64,000 bases of DNA from Phyllosticta citribraziliensis. Lineage: Eukaryota. Where the stretch lies: the NCBI RefSeq assembly GCF_038025025.1, contig NW_027117343.1:1302001-1366000 (forward strand). Reading direction: 5' to 3'. This document shows, in pieces, positions 10,888 through 25,720 of the stretch; the stretch's first letter is position 1; every line of letters begins with the position of its first letter. The position numbers and the translations under genes are program-made. Below the pieces are notes generated by a model. That model worked only from the letters and a program-made list of their open reading frames with translations. It made no database searches and was not told the origin of the DNA.

Positions 10888-13139
10888 GGTGGAGCTGTTT
10901 TTGAATGGATGTTGGAGTTTTGAACAAGGATTGCAATGCGGTTGAGATTTGGCCGTCCAAGGCTGAGCGGACCCTGAGCATTTAAGGCTCGACCTGGATA
11001 CTCTGGAAAAACCTCAAGTCTATTCGGGAAAGCTAATCCGAAGACTATCAGTTTGTAGGTTAAGCAAACGACTTGTGAGCACCCATGGCGGAGACTGGTG
11101 GGAAGGCTGGCCATCTGGCGCGCCCCGCGGTAAACGGGACAAGACTAGTTCTTCGTGAGACTCCAACACTAGACTGACGCCCGTTTGTTGCCGGATATTG
11201 ACGCAAATGCGCATGCTCGTGCGCATGTAACGTGCGACCATTCTGAATCTTGATGGCCAGTCGTTATGCTTCCAAAGCAAGGTCAGTATTCCATCAACCA
11301 GTGGTGACGCAAGTGGAAAGCTCCCACCCACCGGGACGCAAAAGCCAGTCGCGTCTGAGCCTTTGTGACGTCTTTCTGATCACCTCAAAAAGCCCTCTAT
11401 ACTTTTTCCTGCGACGTGCCGCAGCTGAGCTTGAGCAGACCTCAGCCCATATCTCACGCAAAGTGGAAAACCAAGCAGTTGAGGAACGTGGACAAGAACA
11501 CAAGAAGCCTGGAGACACCGTCTGCTGAATACGGTCGGGCTAAGTCCCCACCAGTTTGGCAATGTTCTCGTGCCACTCTCATGCACAGAAAGTGTCAATA
11601 GAAACAACGCCGCCTGGCACTGTGGCTGCATGGGTGGCAACGACAAGGCTGAATGATCTTCAAAGCCAATGACAAACCGGCGTATGCCTCCCAAGATGCG
11701 ATGCAAATCGCTACCTGGGACTTTGACAGTGTCTTTGAGGAGAGCAAGATCTTGCACATGCCATTTTCGCTCAACGTAGGACAGGCGTAAGTGGCTCGTC
11801 GAGGTGAACCACGTGCGCGTCCGCGCGCTTGTCGGATCTGGGGTGACTATAATGGTAATGGGTCGACTCTTCGGCACGGGCTTCGAGACTCTCCGAACGG
11901 CCGGGGGGAGGAAGATGGATTTCAAAGCATTTAGGTGACAGCAGGGTGTAGGCAGAGAGTTGACAGAGCGGCGAAGAAGGAGCCCGAGTGCATGAAGTTC
12001 GTTTTGTCTCACAACCCCATGCCGAATGGGGTTAGCCTCCTCCCCGCTGTAATCGTCGGCCGTCGACCTCTCCGAACATCTTCTCTGCATTTCACGCCAA
12101 TTCCAAGCGACCGCCGCTGTAATTTTCGATCGACTTATGTGCCGGAAACCGTCAACATGCAGAAAGACGACGGAAACGGCCACAGCGGAGGCACAACAGT
12201 TCTCTTACCGTCCTTCGTCAAAAGGCAGCGATCCAAACAACCGGACAATCGCCCTCACGAGCTTTTCCGGCGGATTCGTGCGCATGCTCGGCCCCGAGAA
12301 GTCATTGGAGTGCTTAGCGCTTCGAAGATCACTTTACCAGAAAGCGGCATAACACAGAAAAGCATCCGACGACTACCGGTGAATTCCGCCATCTACAAGA
12401 GGATTTCGGTACTTCGTCCCGAAGGCAACGACGCATGGGTCCTGTCTGTCTGAGCTGCCATCCAATTTTTCGTAATGCAGAACAAATCCAGTTGGCCCCG
12501 CTGACCCTGGGACGCTTCTACTCATTGAAGTCCAATTTGGCTTAGGATTCGTCCACACAACCCTCCGAATCGGCTGTGTACCGAGTTGGTTCACTGTGAT
12601 GGAGTTCAATGGGCTTGTCGCATAGCTGCTCCACAGGTGATGCCGATTCCACTGGAAATGGGTCGGAGATGCCCGGGCCGTGTTGTCCCTGATGCAAACT
12701 CTGGGTATACCTCAGTGGTTCGGTTGAGAAGCATGTGCTTTCACGGCTGACCACTCATTCCGGAAGGTGCGTAGTGACGAAATGGATCAGATATCGCAGC
12801 TGGCTTCTTAGGGAAAGCGTTTGTAATGGCTGAGTAACGTGGGTCCCTCTTTCCCGCTCACGAGCTCCATTTCCATTGCTGACGATAGCTGCCACCAGCA
12901 ACATTCTCAAATGAGACGCTGCCTGGTTCCACAAAGACACAGCCATCGTTGAAGACTTTGTTCCCAGCTTTGCCCGTCAATCATTCTTTACTGAGTGCAT
13001 ATCAGAGCAGTTCTCCAGCGTAACTCCATCGTTATGCCAGAACCGGCGGTCTTTTACTGTCGTACGGTCTTTGAAAAGAGCTTCCAAATCCAAGTTCAAT
13101 CGAAATGGGTCAAGGAGGATGGTTTGATGCTGGAACGGC

Positions 13140-15872
13140 TTGAAAGGGTACCATACGCAACCAGACGCCGAGGAGTCCAATTTGCTGATCAAGTGGAAGA
13201 TTACCGAGTCGCCCAGAGTTGCCATTGGGTACCCGTCCAAGCACACTCGAGCGGTTTCGATTTCCCGGCTGACCGATGTCCAGCTTCATTTACCCAATGA
13301 TAGATGGCTTTCCACAAAGCCTTGAAAAGTTCACAGCCTTGAAGTACGAATACGGATTCGTTCCTGACCGCACATTTGGGGTTTATTCCATGTTGAAGAA
13401 TGATAGTCGCACGGATGACAAGCTCGAAATATATCGTGAGCCTTCTTGGAAGCATTCTGGGACTGCACTAAGCGTACGGACAGATTCCTGGTTTTCTATA
13501 CCCTTCCCCGTCTGGAAAGGCACTTTGAGGGGATTCAGCTGGGAACGTCTTGGAGTCTTGACAGAATGGTGGCATCCACATACACTCAGGGTTTACATTT
13601 GCGATGCTATCACCAGTATCCGAAATGACCTCTGGGACCGTATACGGGACGTCAAATGTGACGAAGAGTACCTGGATCCGCATTTCGTGCATCCCCTGAT
13701 CTTTGATGTGGTTTATGAGATGTGGGACACGGCTTTGGGAGTGGCTGAAGACCTGGTTCTTGCTCGAACAGTCAGTTGATATCACTCGTTTCATATTCGT
13801 CTGCTAACATCTCTGCCAGAGGAGAAACCCTACCGAACAAGTTTCCGCAATGGAGGACTTCGCCCTGACAACGAAGACCAACATGTACGACGCCGAATTT
13901 CGCGCCCGTCTCGGGGCCATCAATAGAGCAATGGAGAAGATGGCTTGGATCCATGCGAAATTGCCGTCGCGCGTCGACTTCCTGGACACCCGCAGGGCCC
14001 TCAGAAGACATCATGCGACGCAGAACAAGCTTGAGGCCAGTCGCGAGGTCTTTGGCAATTTTTCATTGCGATGCGAGAGCTTTCGAAACCGCTTGCAGCA
14101 GCACTTGGAAGCAGTGAGTGAACAGGTCCAGCCTCCTTTGCAAGATTGCCTTGCTAAATATCTGGCACTTTCAGGAATATCGGGCATCGAAAATACTTCA
14201 AAAAGCCAAGGAATCATCTCATTCGATCGATAAAACGCCCAAGACGACGGAAGAAACCTCTGAGGAGACTGAATCTACTGCAAATGACGCGGATAGTCAG
14301 GGCTCAACCCACCAAGCAGAGTATGAGAATAAGCTCCCGAGTGCCAATAGCAGCACCACATTTGTTGCTCCGGTAGAAGAGCCTGGTAGGCCCTTGGCTG
14401 CAGACTTCTTAGCACAAATCTCTGCATAGCGGGCAGAAGACGACGACGAAGAGAATTCCGGAACAACTCTGCCGCAGGCTAAGCTTCCACAGCCCAGCCG
14501 CTCTCCATTGGATTTGAACACGAAGACCCCACGTTTGATACAAAGCAACGAAACTCTTCCAAAGTCAAGATCAAAAAAGAGTCTGTTAGGTCGGCCTCGC
14601 AGTCATACCACGCCTAATCCTTTGAGCTCGTCATCGTCGCAGGTAGGATCAACTTTTTCGGCCACTTCATCGTCTCGCAAAGCTCCGAAGCCTCGCGATA
14701 TCATCGACCAGTTCCCGGATGCCCTACCTCGTCGCCCGAACTCTACTTCAACTCGTCTCGAAACATCCCCGAAGGCGGCGTCTGTGCCACCAGTTATTCC
14801 ACCTCGTCGTCACGGTCATGCATCATCCTCAAAAGCAGTGGCGCCATGCCATCCACACAGTTCGCATCGCAAATCTCGCAACACAATCCCATCTGAGGAG
14901 GCTCAACCTCAGCTCCAGCACCCTCATTCAAATCAACAGCCTCACAGCTCTATTCCTACTATCTCAGTAACACCGCCACCGCGTCCAACCGGGCCATCGG
15001 TTCCGCCAAACAACATCACAAAAAGCTCCAGTCCCTCTGTGAAACCTTACGCCAGTGTCTTCGAGTCAGAACGGGCGGATGCCGAACGGTACCCCTCCAG
15101 AATCCCTTCCAACCCTTCGACTCCCAACACCTTAAGCCCTCGCAGCATACCGCTACAGCGCTATCCAAGCCGCGTACCTCGCAACCCGGCGCTGAAAGGC
15201 TTCAAACCTCCTTCCCCACCGCCTGCCCCCGCTGCTCCGGCCACGAAGACTTCCAGCACTGCCACCAAATCTCCCCAGAGCGCCACTCCCCCAGCTCGTC
15301 CTCCACAGACAGGCAGTAATCACAAACCCAAGGCGCACAAGGCACCCCCGAAAACCGCGTCCGCGTCGCCTTCTGGAGGGACCTCCTTATTGAAGAAAAA
15401 GAAGCCCAGCCGTCCGCCACGACCATCCTCAGCGCTGCCGCCGCTACCACCGTTGCCGCCACCCTTGGGTCCGATGGGACCGCCGTCGAACCCGCCGCCA
15501 AATCGACCACTGCCGCCGATTCCGAATTCGAGCAAAGCCAATAAAAAGGGCGGCGGTGTGAACGAGAGTGGGAGTCTGAGGACGAAGATTCAGACGCGCG
15601 CTGGTACCCACGTGGTAGGTGCGGGTGGAAGAGGCAGTGGTAGAGGAGGGACTAATGGAAGTGGCAGGGGAAGGGAAAGGGGAAGCAGTAACGCGAACTC
15701 GAACTCGAACACCAACAACACTCCGGGTAACCGCTTCTTCTTCTTTCAAGATGGCGAGTTCCAAGAGGCGGAACCAGGACAGACGCCGCCGCCTGTGCGT
15801 AGAGGCGAAGCGTCGACGTCGCCGGAAATACAAACGATTTGTGAGGATTGGGAGGGACCTGAACAGGTCTAG
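13140..15872 (+). CDS. Hypothetical multi-exon protein: helical globular part followed by a long Pro/Ser-rich tail; start and exon structure uncertain
   Basis: ORFs 13140..13325, 13276..13779, 13850..14233, 14118..14429 and 14508..15872 are separated by intron-like GT...CTRAC/CTAAA...AG segments. The last two are in the same frame with a single TAG between them. No recognisable family motif. Confidence 0.4.
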
Positions 15873-18800
15873 AGGTGTTGGTTGAGACGTGGGGATACTT
15901 AAGCAGACGGTGGTGGTGGAGCGTTGTTGGGCGTCAAGGGGTGAGGGGGATGGGACCGCTGAACGAGCTGCGGATTTGCGTTCTGATGGTTTCGAGTTTG
16001 AGATTGGGAGGGCTTGGTGTAATGGCGGTCTGGTTTCCAATCGAAGTTCTGCTTGGATGCAGTTGTGTTCGGTGAGCTTTTGCGACTTCAGTGTTCATTC
16101 AGCGGACAGTAGGTGGTTGGGAGGCGCCCACACTCTAGCTCTCCAATTTTTGCGTGGTTGTACAAAGTAAAGGCCCTCTCTGTCGGTTCACTGCCTGTGG
16201 TCTCTTTGCCTGTCATTCGAAGAACTCGACCTCTTGGCCGCGCCGACACCTGGTTTTGCGATGCTTATACTCATTGTGCAGAGCATGTCATTGTGGCGAG
16301 ACGGCGAGAAGGCTCCGCCGCCAGTTTTGATGCTGTGTTATCAGTCAAAAGCATCAGCCAGAGAACTGCACCAAAGTCTGTGCCATACAAGCTTTGGCAG
16401 ACAGACGAATGGTTCCCAGGCAAGCCCCGAACCCAGTGCCATGAATGCTCCCACCGCGCATTCAACGTCATCAGCATGGAACTAATTGCCGACCCTGAGG
16501 AAATAACACCTCCGCTGACGACGGCTTGACTCTCTTCTCTCTAGACAGCACGCTGCCAGTGCAGGCAGGGTGGCTTTTGCTTCACTGGATGGAGGAATGC
16601 GCAGACTCAGCAGAGGACACAAGGATGTAGAGGATGCAGGGAAAGAACAATGCTTCGTGATGCTCCATGTATCCAGGCACCCAGCAGCCAGTACAAAGCC
16701 ATTTGTTTGGCATAATTGACTGAACAAACGCAACGCAAGGCAGTCTAGTTGGCGCGACTCGTGGGCATGCAAGCGGCACAGTGATGTTGAGCTCTGCAGG
16801 GTCTGCACCTCCTTGACATGCGAAGCCACGAGGCAGAGACCAAGTCTGGCGGCTAAGCTTTCAGCGTGTCGGACACGTAGTATGCAGCCTGACAGGATTG
16901 GAAAATGTGTGGGTCGAAAGGGCACTTCGGAGATGACCTGGCCTGGCTTTCTCAGTCGTTGGTGTTGATGAGTCGAAGCATCCGTCACTCCGGCTTCCAG
17001 ATGTGCGGATTGTCGTGCTCTGGACCGGTGAGCCCGAACGCCCCTTTTCTTTTCTTTCAGATGTATACGACTGCTCTGCGTCGATTTCCTTGGATGGGCT
17101 CCGGTGGTCCAGCTTTTTTGTTGCCATTTCACAGTGCATTGAAGTGTCATTGGAGTGTCATTAGAGTAAAGCGACACAATTAGCCAGAACGAGCGCACTG
17201 ATCAGAGGAGAAGACTGGGATCTGGAACAGTCTACTCTCTTACAGTGCTCGGCTAGAAGCGTCAACAAGGCTCACACGTATCTTCAACTCACCTCGAGGA
17301 AGCGGTCTTTCCGTTTGTCTCCTACCAAGCACTGGGCAACTTCTCCAACGGCGAGCAAGGCACGAGCTAAATGCTGCCACCGCAACAGTCCCACACCGTG
17401 CCAGCAGATCGCCAGCGCCGTCCCGACAGCCGTTGCAGCGCGGATCCCTTCGCCAAGATCAGCTCCAGACCCCGCGCCGCTTCGGTTCGAAGTCAGATCA
17501 CGCCAGCTGGCTGGCGAGTGGGTCCATCGTTGGTGGTCTTTGGCAAACAAGAGGCTGCGGAGGTCAAGCGTCGGGCATCGGAGGTAGCGGCGAAGCCAAT
17601 CCTCCCGGAGCGCGTTGGCAGCTGGAGGCCGGGTCGACGGTGAACCAGTTTCGTACCAGGTACGGAGGAACAGGGTGGAAACAAGGCGAGTTATCTGAAA
17701 CGAGTTGACAGCAGCTTTTAGTGGAGAAACAGCGAGGGAGGCACGGGACGAACGGTAGATGCGCGACGGGAGTGTCGTGTGAAGATCGTCGTGATCCGAG
17801 GCGATGGGTTGAGAATCAAAGAGTTGCCCAGCCGTAAAAGCATCTATTGGCTGTGTGGTCCATGTAACGAAGTCGCAATTCCAGCTTTCGTGCCGTCCTG
17901 GAAATACACTTGTTTGCTCTGAGCGCGATTCGCTGGACCAGCGAGGGGGAGTGAGTCGACTGCGGGATAAAACAGGACCAGGAGATCCACTTTTCCGCTG
18001 GAATGGTACTGCCCGGTGAATCGGACTTGTCGCATAAAGTCCAGCACAAGGCCATTCTGTCCTGGGGGTTTCTTTCAAATAAGGCGACGGCTGGAATCAA
18101 CCCTTGACGCGCTAGAAATGGCTCCTCCTCTTGCTGAACATCGTCGGCTCCAGTGTCACCCTGGAATCCAGAGCTTTCTCAACATGAACGACGCAGTCCC
18201 AATTCTTACTGCAGGCGGCCACTCTTGAAAGGGGATCTTTATCCAGTTGAATTTCATAAGCTGGTCCCGAAAGGGCAATCTGTCCATGCCATGTCCGAGT
18301 TTCGAGCGAGGGGGTCCCTCAGTCGCCCGTCGTCCGGCAAAATGCATCCTGCACCTGGACCCATCATCAGGCTATTTTTTCTACAGGCCAAGCACCTGAT
18401 TTCGTGACTCCACGTCTAAGATCTCGGTCCAGCCCTTTGGTAGCGGAGGATCGCCGTGGAGGATCTGCCCGTGGAGACGAGCTTGTGCTGACTACAACTG
18501 CCAAACGGCCGACTGGACACCTCAAAGACATGTTTGTGGTGACAATGTTTCGATGAAAGCGAAAAGCGACATCAATCAATAGATTTCCTTTCGATTCGAG
18601 AACGATGAAGTGGCGCAGAGGCTGGTCCTTGGGGATGTTTCCGTGGGCTTCGTCGGTTCGATGGGTTGGATTTCGCATTGTGGCCGTCAAACGTGGGCGA
18701 CTTCGGATGATTATGACGACGACTGGGGCAGGCTGAGAGAGGGCACTTCCTTGGGTATTATGCAGGCCGCCAACAGATCTCAGAAATGGCAATCCTGAAT

Positions 18801-21285
18801 CTCGACCAAAGAAAGGAAGCGTCGACAGTCGGGAGACGTTGTTTGGCGCTGAAAAGCAGAGTCGGACATGCCGAAAGACACAGCCGCACCCGGCCAGCTT
18901 CCATCAGGGTGCTGATGTTCAGTTTGGGACCCCACCTTGCCGGCGATGCCAGAGATGGGTGGGTGCGTGGTGTGACGACACGCATGGTTGGCCTCGGAGA
19001 TCACTAACCAGAGACGGCGTGAACAGTGAGCTGCCAAATTTCTGGTTCCAGTGGTGTGTAATACGATTACGGAGTACTCGTTGGTGGCGATGCTGGACTC
19101 CGCTCTGGCTTCACGTTGATTGAGGTGGTCATTGTTTTGGTGGTATTTTGCAGCGGCATGAGGAATTTCGGTGGAGAAGTCTTGATTGGGCTTCAACGCG
19201 TCACCCGACTTCAAAGGGGCATCTCATGTCGGTGTTGCATTTGCGGGGATGGATGCAGGCCGATTCGCTGGGGGAAGGAAGTCCGGGTAGAGGACAGAGG
19301 ACAAGTCTCCAGCCACAGCCAGGGGATGATGGTGTTGTGGTGTGGCGGCTGGCGGCTACCTCAGGTTGCCACCGCACTGGTCCGCACCGAGGGCGGAGAC
19401 GGGTCGCTCAAGGCCGAAGCCCGGATCCTTCAACCACACAGCACGCAATAAAGTCCACAATCAACGAGCAGAAAACGCATCATCGGCGAAATTCAAGAGG
19501 GTGCCATCGGATTCTGCACAGACACACCCCGGGGACGGCGGAAGACTGCCGCTCCTCACCCTTCGAGTCATGCGTCACATCGCCATCACGTTTCTCACAT
19601 CAACACGATACCCCTTTTGACTCGTCCGCCACCACCTGATCCACGGGCCATTGCAAAGCTTTCGATAGACCCGAGCTTGGATGAGCTTGGAGCAGACCGA
19701 CTTGCCAGGTGGAGCTGATACGAACGAAAAGACACAAGTCCGCCAAGGCAAAACTTTACCGACCGTTACAACTGCAGCTTTGCTTCGTCCAAGATGCTGC
19801 AGGCAGACTGTTTGCTTCCAACTCGTGTGCGCCGCGTTGGGCGAGAGCGGGCCATGTCTTCTTTTTCTTCCTCTTGCTTTTCCTCCCCGTCCCGCGGTTT
19901 GACGAAGCGACGGCAATCATTGCAGATTCGAGCAAGGAGCAGAACTTCGGGGGACGCGGTTTCTGAGCAAAAGAGCGGGGACGTCTGGTTTGCCGAATGC
20001 AAATGTGGGAGCACCAAAGGCATCAAGCCAAGGGCCCCCAACCTCCGTCCCTTTGACTCGTCCACAGCGCCCTCTTGCGGCGCAGCACCAGTCTCTGCCC
20101 CTGATGATCTTCGCTATTACGCTGCCCTCCTGCTTCAGCCAGCTGCCGCGTTTTCTCGTTTTCTCGCCAATTCTCGGACTGTCTCTACTAATTCACCTAT
20201 TGGTAGGTTCTCACGGAGCCTCGACGAAGATTCTCGCTGCTTGCTGTGGAGTGTTGCCCAGCCAAGGCTTGCCAAAAGCTTCTCTCAGCCTCAAGTCTTG
20301 TGTATCAGGGTCCCTTATTTTTGTCAACTCGAACTGATCTCCATGGTCATTTTCGTCATCTTGGCTCTCGCTACGGCATTGTAACTGACCCGATGACGGC
20401 CTCATGCCTCCGTCGGCTTTGCTACCAATCGGCGCCAAGGTGTAGCTTCGTTCAATCCAATTTGCACGACTGTGGGTGGCTTCTGCATGAGCCATCGCCG
20501 AGTATTTGATCAACGAGCTTTACGGGCCGACTATTCAGTGAACCGTCCATTTGGCACGACTCGTTCCCGGCTCTTTTCTTCAACTTCCACGACGCAGTGC
20601 GTTGTTCAAAATCGGCATTTTGCGGAGACTCCATTCTACGCCGCAGGATATTCATCGAAGATGGTACATGTAGCTACAAAGGACCACGATCTCCGGGCAT
20701 CCTGATACAAGAGGCACGCACCAAACGGCTAATCCCTTGCTCCTCCCTGTTGCTTGGTTTTGATCTGCCCCACGCTGCCCTTTGCTCCCGTCGGCCCCCG
20801 GCAATTGCTGCAAGCGCACTGATGTCGTTGGCTGCTGTAGCATCTGGAACGGCAGAGGACGCGTGCTGCAGTGTTACCCCGAAGATCGAGCCCACTGCAA
20901 ATCCTAGCCCTGCGCAATGAGCCTGTTCCCTGTTTTTTAATAAAGGGCCAACCCTACAAGACAAGCTCTCCTTGCGCCGAATCCTTTGAGGCTTGTTTGC
21001 ACTTCATTCACTTTATTCTCACTCAATCGGATAGTGCCCAGCTATCCATCATCCGCCCACGTGGGAGATTCGTCAAGTCTATCCGTCGATCGTGCAGATC
21101 CAATACGTTTTCTGAACCGTTATCCAGGAAGATCTTGCGGAGTTGGGTTTGGAGTCGGTTGTAAGTGGTGACGAGAGCAGAGAATATCCGACATGCGGCC
21201 AAGGTGCTCTGTCCAGGAGCTTTAAACCGCCGAGACCACCTTTCCAGCCGCCTGGTCCCCTGGGGATTCTGCAAGCCGACCCAAA

Positions 21286-22989
21286 ATGCTCGCCCACGAG
21301 ACTCTGCCCCTAGACACAGCGACCTCGCCCTCGAATCTACTTTTACCACGTGCCTCGCCGTCGTACGCTGCATACCCGGCCAGTCTCGACCCGCTACCCG
21401 ACGAATTGCGACGCACACTCTGGCCGATCGGCATCTTTGCTGTTCTTTCCGTCATTGCTTGTTCCGGTCTCCTTGGCTGGATCACATATCGACTACTCGT
21501 CTGGCGGCGCCACTACCACACCTACGTCGGCTACAACCAATATGTCTTGCTCATCTACAACCTCTTGCTGGCGGACCTGCAACAAGCAGTCTCGTTCATT
21601 ATTTCATTCCATTGGATTCAAGAAAACCGCATAATGGCGCCCTCACCGGCGTGCAACGCGCAAGCATGGCTGGTGCAGATTGGCGACGTCTCTAGCGGAA
21701 TGTTTGTGCTTGCCATCGCATTGCACACATTTTGGGGGATTGTCAAAGGCCGACAGCTCCCGTACCGAACCTTTATTTGCACAACCATCTTCATTTGGAC
21801 TGTTGCCGTTCTTCTGTCAATTTTGGGCCCCATCCTACACGGTTCCAAGTACTTTACGGCAGCAGGAGCATGGGTGAGTAGCCACCACTTCAAGCCCCTG
21901 AACGACCACTGACGTCTTGCCTAGTGCTGGGTATCGACGGACTACGAAACAGAAAGGCTCTGGCTGCATTACATTTGGATCTTTACCATTGAATTCGGCA
22001 CCGTCTTGATCTACATCGTCATCTTCATCTACCTCCGCCGCCAACTGGCCGCCGTACTCAACGCCGGCTCTGGCACAGCAACACACCACCGCATCAACCG
22101 CGCCGCCCGCTACATGCTCATCTACCCCATCACCTACGTCATCCTCACGCTGCCCCTCGCCGCGGGCCGCATGGCAGCCATGACGGGCCACCAACTGCCC
22201 ATTACCTACTTTGCCATCGCCGGCATGCTGATGACGAGCTGCGGCTGGATCGACGTTTTCCTCTACACGCTGACACGGCGCGTCCTCGTATCCAACGAGC
22301 TGGACCCGCGCAAGACGGGCTCGCAGCGGGGGCCGTACGGGTCGGGCTGGGAAATTGCGTCGTTCGACAAGCAGGTCGGCAACAAGATGGGCGACAACAT
22401 AGTCACGATTACAGGCGGCCGCGACGCGCGCTCCTCGCCACGCGAATCGGTGCTGCGGGCGTTTGAAAGCATCGAGGAGATAGGGCGCGGCGGCGGCAGC
22501 GCGGCGGCCAAGGAGCGAGGACAAGTGTACGGCGCAGGTGGTGCAGACGGCCCGCGAGCGACACGCGGCAAGAGTCTTCGAATCAGCCATCACACGCAGA
22601 ACCAGCACCGACACAGCCATAGTCGGCAGCGATCGCGCGCGTCTGACAGCGGCGACAGTGATCGCGAGGGCGCCCTCACGCCGCAGGACAGCACCGACGG
22701 CATCGTGACCAACGACAGCCTGAGCCGGCACAACGAGCGCAGCCTGGCGGCGCTGGGCGGCGTGCGCGCCGAGACAAAGGTGTCGGTGACGGTTGAGCAC
22801 GTCGAGCCGCAGCAGGTACATCAGCGCCTGTCTCGAAACACACTGCGCGGCGAAGGTGCGTTTTTGGAGAGTGGAGGCAGCAGCGAGAGGGCGAGCCTGG
22901 ATACGTCGACGGCACGGCGCGAGAGAGCCAGTACGGTGGTGCGGCGTCAGGAGGAAAAGAAGGGCGTGTTTGAATTTGGGTTGGAGTGA
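21286..22989 (+). CDS. Seven-transmembrane GPCR, Git3/Gpr1-related (GprC/GprD-like)
   Basis: Motifs LIYNLLLADLQQA, CNAQAWLVQIGDVSSG, AGAW^CW (intron 21874-21924), YMLIYPITYVILTLPLA and GWIDVFLYTLTRR, with a long cytoplasmic tail. Confidence 0.9.
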
Positions 22990-25720
22990 TTGCTCGGTTG
23001 ATGGGTTGACGATTGACGTTGATGCTGGGGTCCAAAATGCTCATTTAAAAGGCGTACAGCTCTGTCTACGTATATATTTGTTTTTCTTTTGTTCTCCTTG
23101 CCGGCGGATACAGCACCAGCGTTGCGCTGGATTTGACCAAGGTGTTGCGGTACTAGAGCGTCGGCGATGGATCTTTCTTCAATGCACGGCATGGCGTGGC
23201 ATGGTGTTACGGCTGGAATTATATCCCTTGAGGAGGAATCCCGTTGGAGGAGGTGGAGGAAGCAATTGTGCAAGCAATGGCGCTTCTCTAATACCGGTGT
23301 GGACGATAGATGATGGCAGAAAGGCGTTTGTACAGGCAAAATTATATATAGTGTCTATTAGACTACAGCGTTGCAGAACACACCAGAGCAGTCTCGACGA
23401 AGCAGGCGGCAGAACACCCACTCCCTCCAATTGAATAGAATTCTCCAGTCTCATCCTTCCACCCGTCCAGTGAGCGTGGTTCCAGCAACAATTTTCGAGA
23501 GCTGTAGCATGACTCGACGAACAGCCTCTACTGGTGCTCTCGCAATGCTCCGGCTCATTTATCAATCTAGACCGTCGGATATAGGTCGATCAAGTGACGG
23601 TCGCACAGACTACATCGTTACTGAGTCGTTAGTGCCTGTCACGCCGCGCCAGCTCACCTCACAGCCATCTCCCGAGTCCCGATACTTGATGCCCATCCAA
23701 AGAGTGGACTCCCCCGGAGTCAAAGTCAAACGCCGGCTCGAAGCGCGGCGATGATCGCCCGGCATCAATTTCGTTGCTGTGCGGCCATTTCCGCCACTAC
23801 TGTGCATCTGCCAGCCAGGCCAAGTTAGCGGCGGCCAGAAATCCATGTCGCCACCGTATCGGCATTTTGAAGAGTCGGCGACTTGGAGAGAGAGAAACGA
23901 GGCCTGCCAAGGGGGAAAACGAAAAGCACGTTGATCTCTGCATGTCAAAGCCACGTGGGAGTCTTATTCTTAGCCAGGCAATCGGGCTCGGCGTCGATAG
24001 TATCCGGCGCCAGATCTTGGAAAATGCGGGCGCCCAACGAAGTTCGTTTGGCAGAGGCTTGTTGCTGGCTTGGTAGAGACCGTGCGGCTGTCAACGAGTT
24101 GTGGGGTCGGCGCAGGCAGAACGCAGCAAAACACTAGAATATTGCTGCTGGAAGGACTGTGGGCACACACTTCTCCTGCAATGTCGACGACTCCAATGGT
24201 GGAGAAAATTGTCACGGCGAGGACCGCTCCGACCCGTCATTTGAGCGAGCCCTACGATGCCACTGCGTCTCAGCCTATACTGCCGCTCGGGCATGGACCG
24301 AGGGTCAATTTGATGAGTGCCCACGCGAACGCCGGAAACGCGTACTCTTCCATGACTCGACATGCATTTGGTGCTTTCTGCAACGGATAGGCCCCAGTAT
24401 CTTGTTTTTGGCGTAGTTTGCGACCTTTGCAGAGTAAACTCCAGTGATCTTGCAGTTTACGTCCGCTATGGCTACGCAGTCAACAAGCCAAGAATTTTGT
24501 TCACACCGTGGCGGATGTCATTATCCTTGTCCTCTGCTCGACTACTAGATGGGTCGACTTGCTAAAATGGCAACTAGTCCGGTGTCCATGTGTGCGCTTG
24601 TAGCGGTGTGGTCCAGGGCTTTGTGCTCGTTCTTCAGGGCCCGGATGCTTTTTGGTGAAACGGTGGGAGCACAGGCAACCAAGTGGAATCTCCCCGAGCC
24701 AGCCGCGTTCGTGAACGGAGGATAGGTCTCATAGTGCCCACTATAGCGGAATAATCAGCGATGCCTGTGTGGAGAGACGGGACCACAAATTTCCTGTCGA
24801 TAGTGCGTTGTTTTTGGTCGACAGATCTTGGCCGTGATGCCGCCGCTCGCTCAACGGCATCGACAGCAGTTCAGGAAGGTCCAAGAGATTTTGTTCCCCA
24901 GGTTGAGTCAGCAGAGGGTGCGGAATGGAAGGTTGCCAAGGTGGTGGAAAAGTTCAACCGGCGCGTGGCGGCGGACGGGAAGCGAGTGGAGGGGTTCCGC
25001 CAGAGCGGAAAAGGACGTCACCTCCTTCTTCCATCGACACCACGCCAACTCCATTGCATCAACATCCCTCACACAACGCAGCTCATGCTGCGCCGGACCA
25101 TGAGACGGCAGGATGACCCGGAAACACCTGACGATGGCCAACTGTGTCAGTGTATTCCCGCCGTTTACGAGTCGGCGCGAAGGCCGTTGGATTTGCCTCA
25201 CATGTGGTGTTGACGCCGAAAGTTAAATTCAACCCTGTTGTGCAATCGAAGGCCAGCATCAAACGCGAAAGAATCGACCATGATACCAGCGACCCGCAAA
25301 TATGAGCTGAAGTCGAAGGGCCTTGCCTGTTCCTCCTCCTTCGGGCCTCTGGCCAAGCTCCTACGTCGTTGCTTCACTGAGCTTGGCCGAGCACTTTTGC
25401 AGTCATCTCTCTACCATTCCACATGCCGAGCCGGCTTTGTCCGCTTCGTGATACTTCCATGCTCCACAAGGAGGGATAACAAGCAAGCTTCCATTGTCTG
25501 GTAGGGAATGCCGTCACAGCCCAATCTGGGTCAAGCGCTTAACCTTCCGTCTACTTGGCTGGGAATATTTTTGCAGTCAAAATCTCATGAGGTGCTGGCA
25601 CGTTTTCCCAATGACTCGAACCCGTCCTCCCCCTCTTGAAGTAGCTGGATATACATTGGTTCCTTTTCTTAGTCCTTGCCGCCTGTATTTCCATTTCCCC
25701 ATGGTAGGGACTCGACGATC

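Noticed and set aside
11020..12950. ORFs of 170-270 aa on both strands
   Set aside because: No recognisable motifs, codon bias or consistent splice model. No transposase, RT or terminal repeats were seen, so this is not called a gene or a mobile element.
16100..21200. Many short ORFs including 17284..18078 (264 aa) and 18780..19214
   Set aside because: The translations look random. A hidden multi-exon gene cannot be excluded, but none could be supported. Treated as the upstream region of the GPCR.
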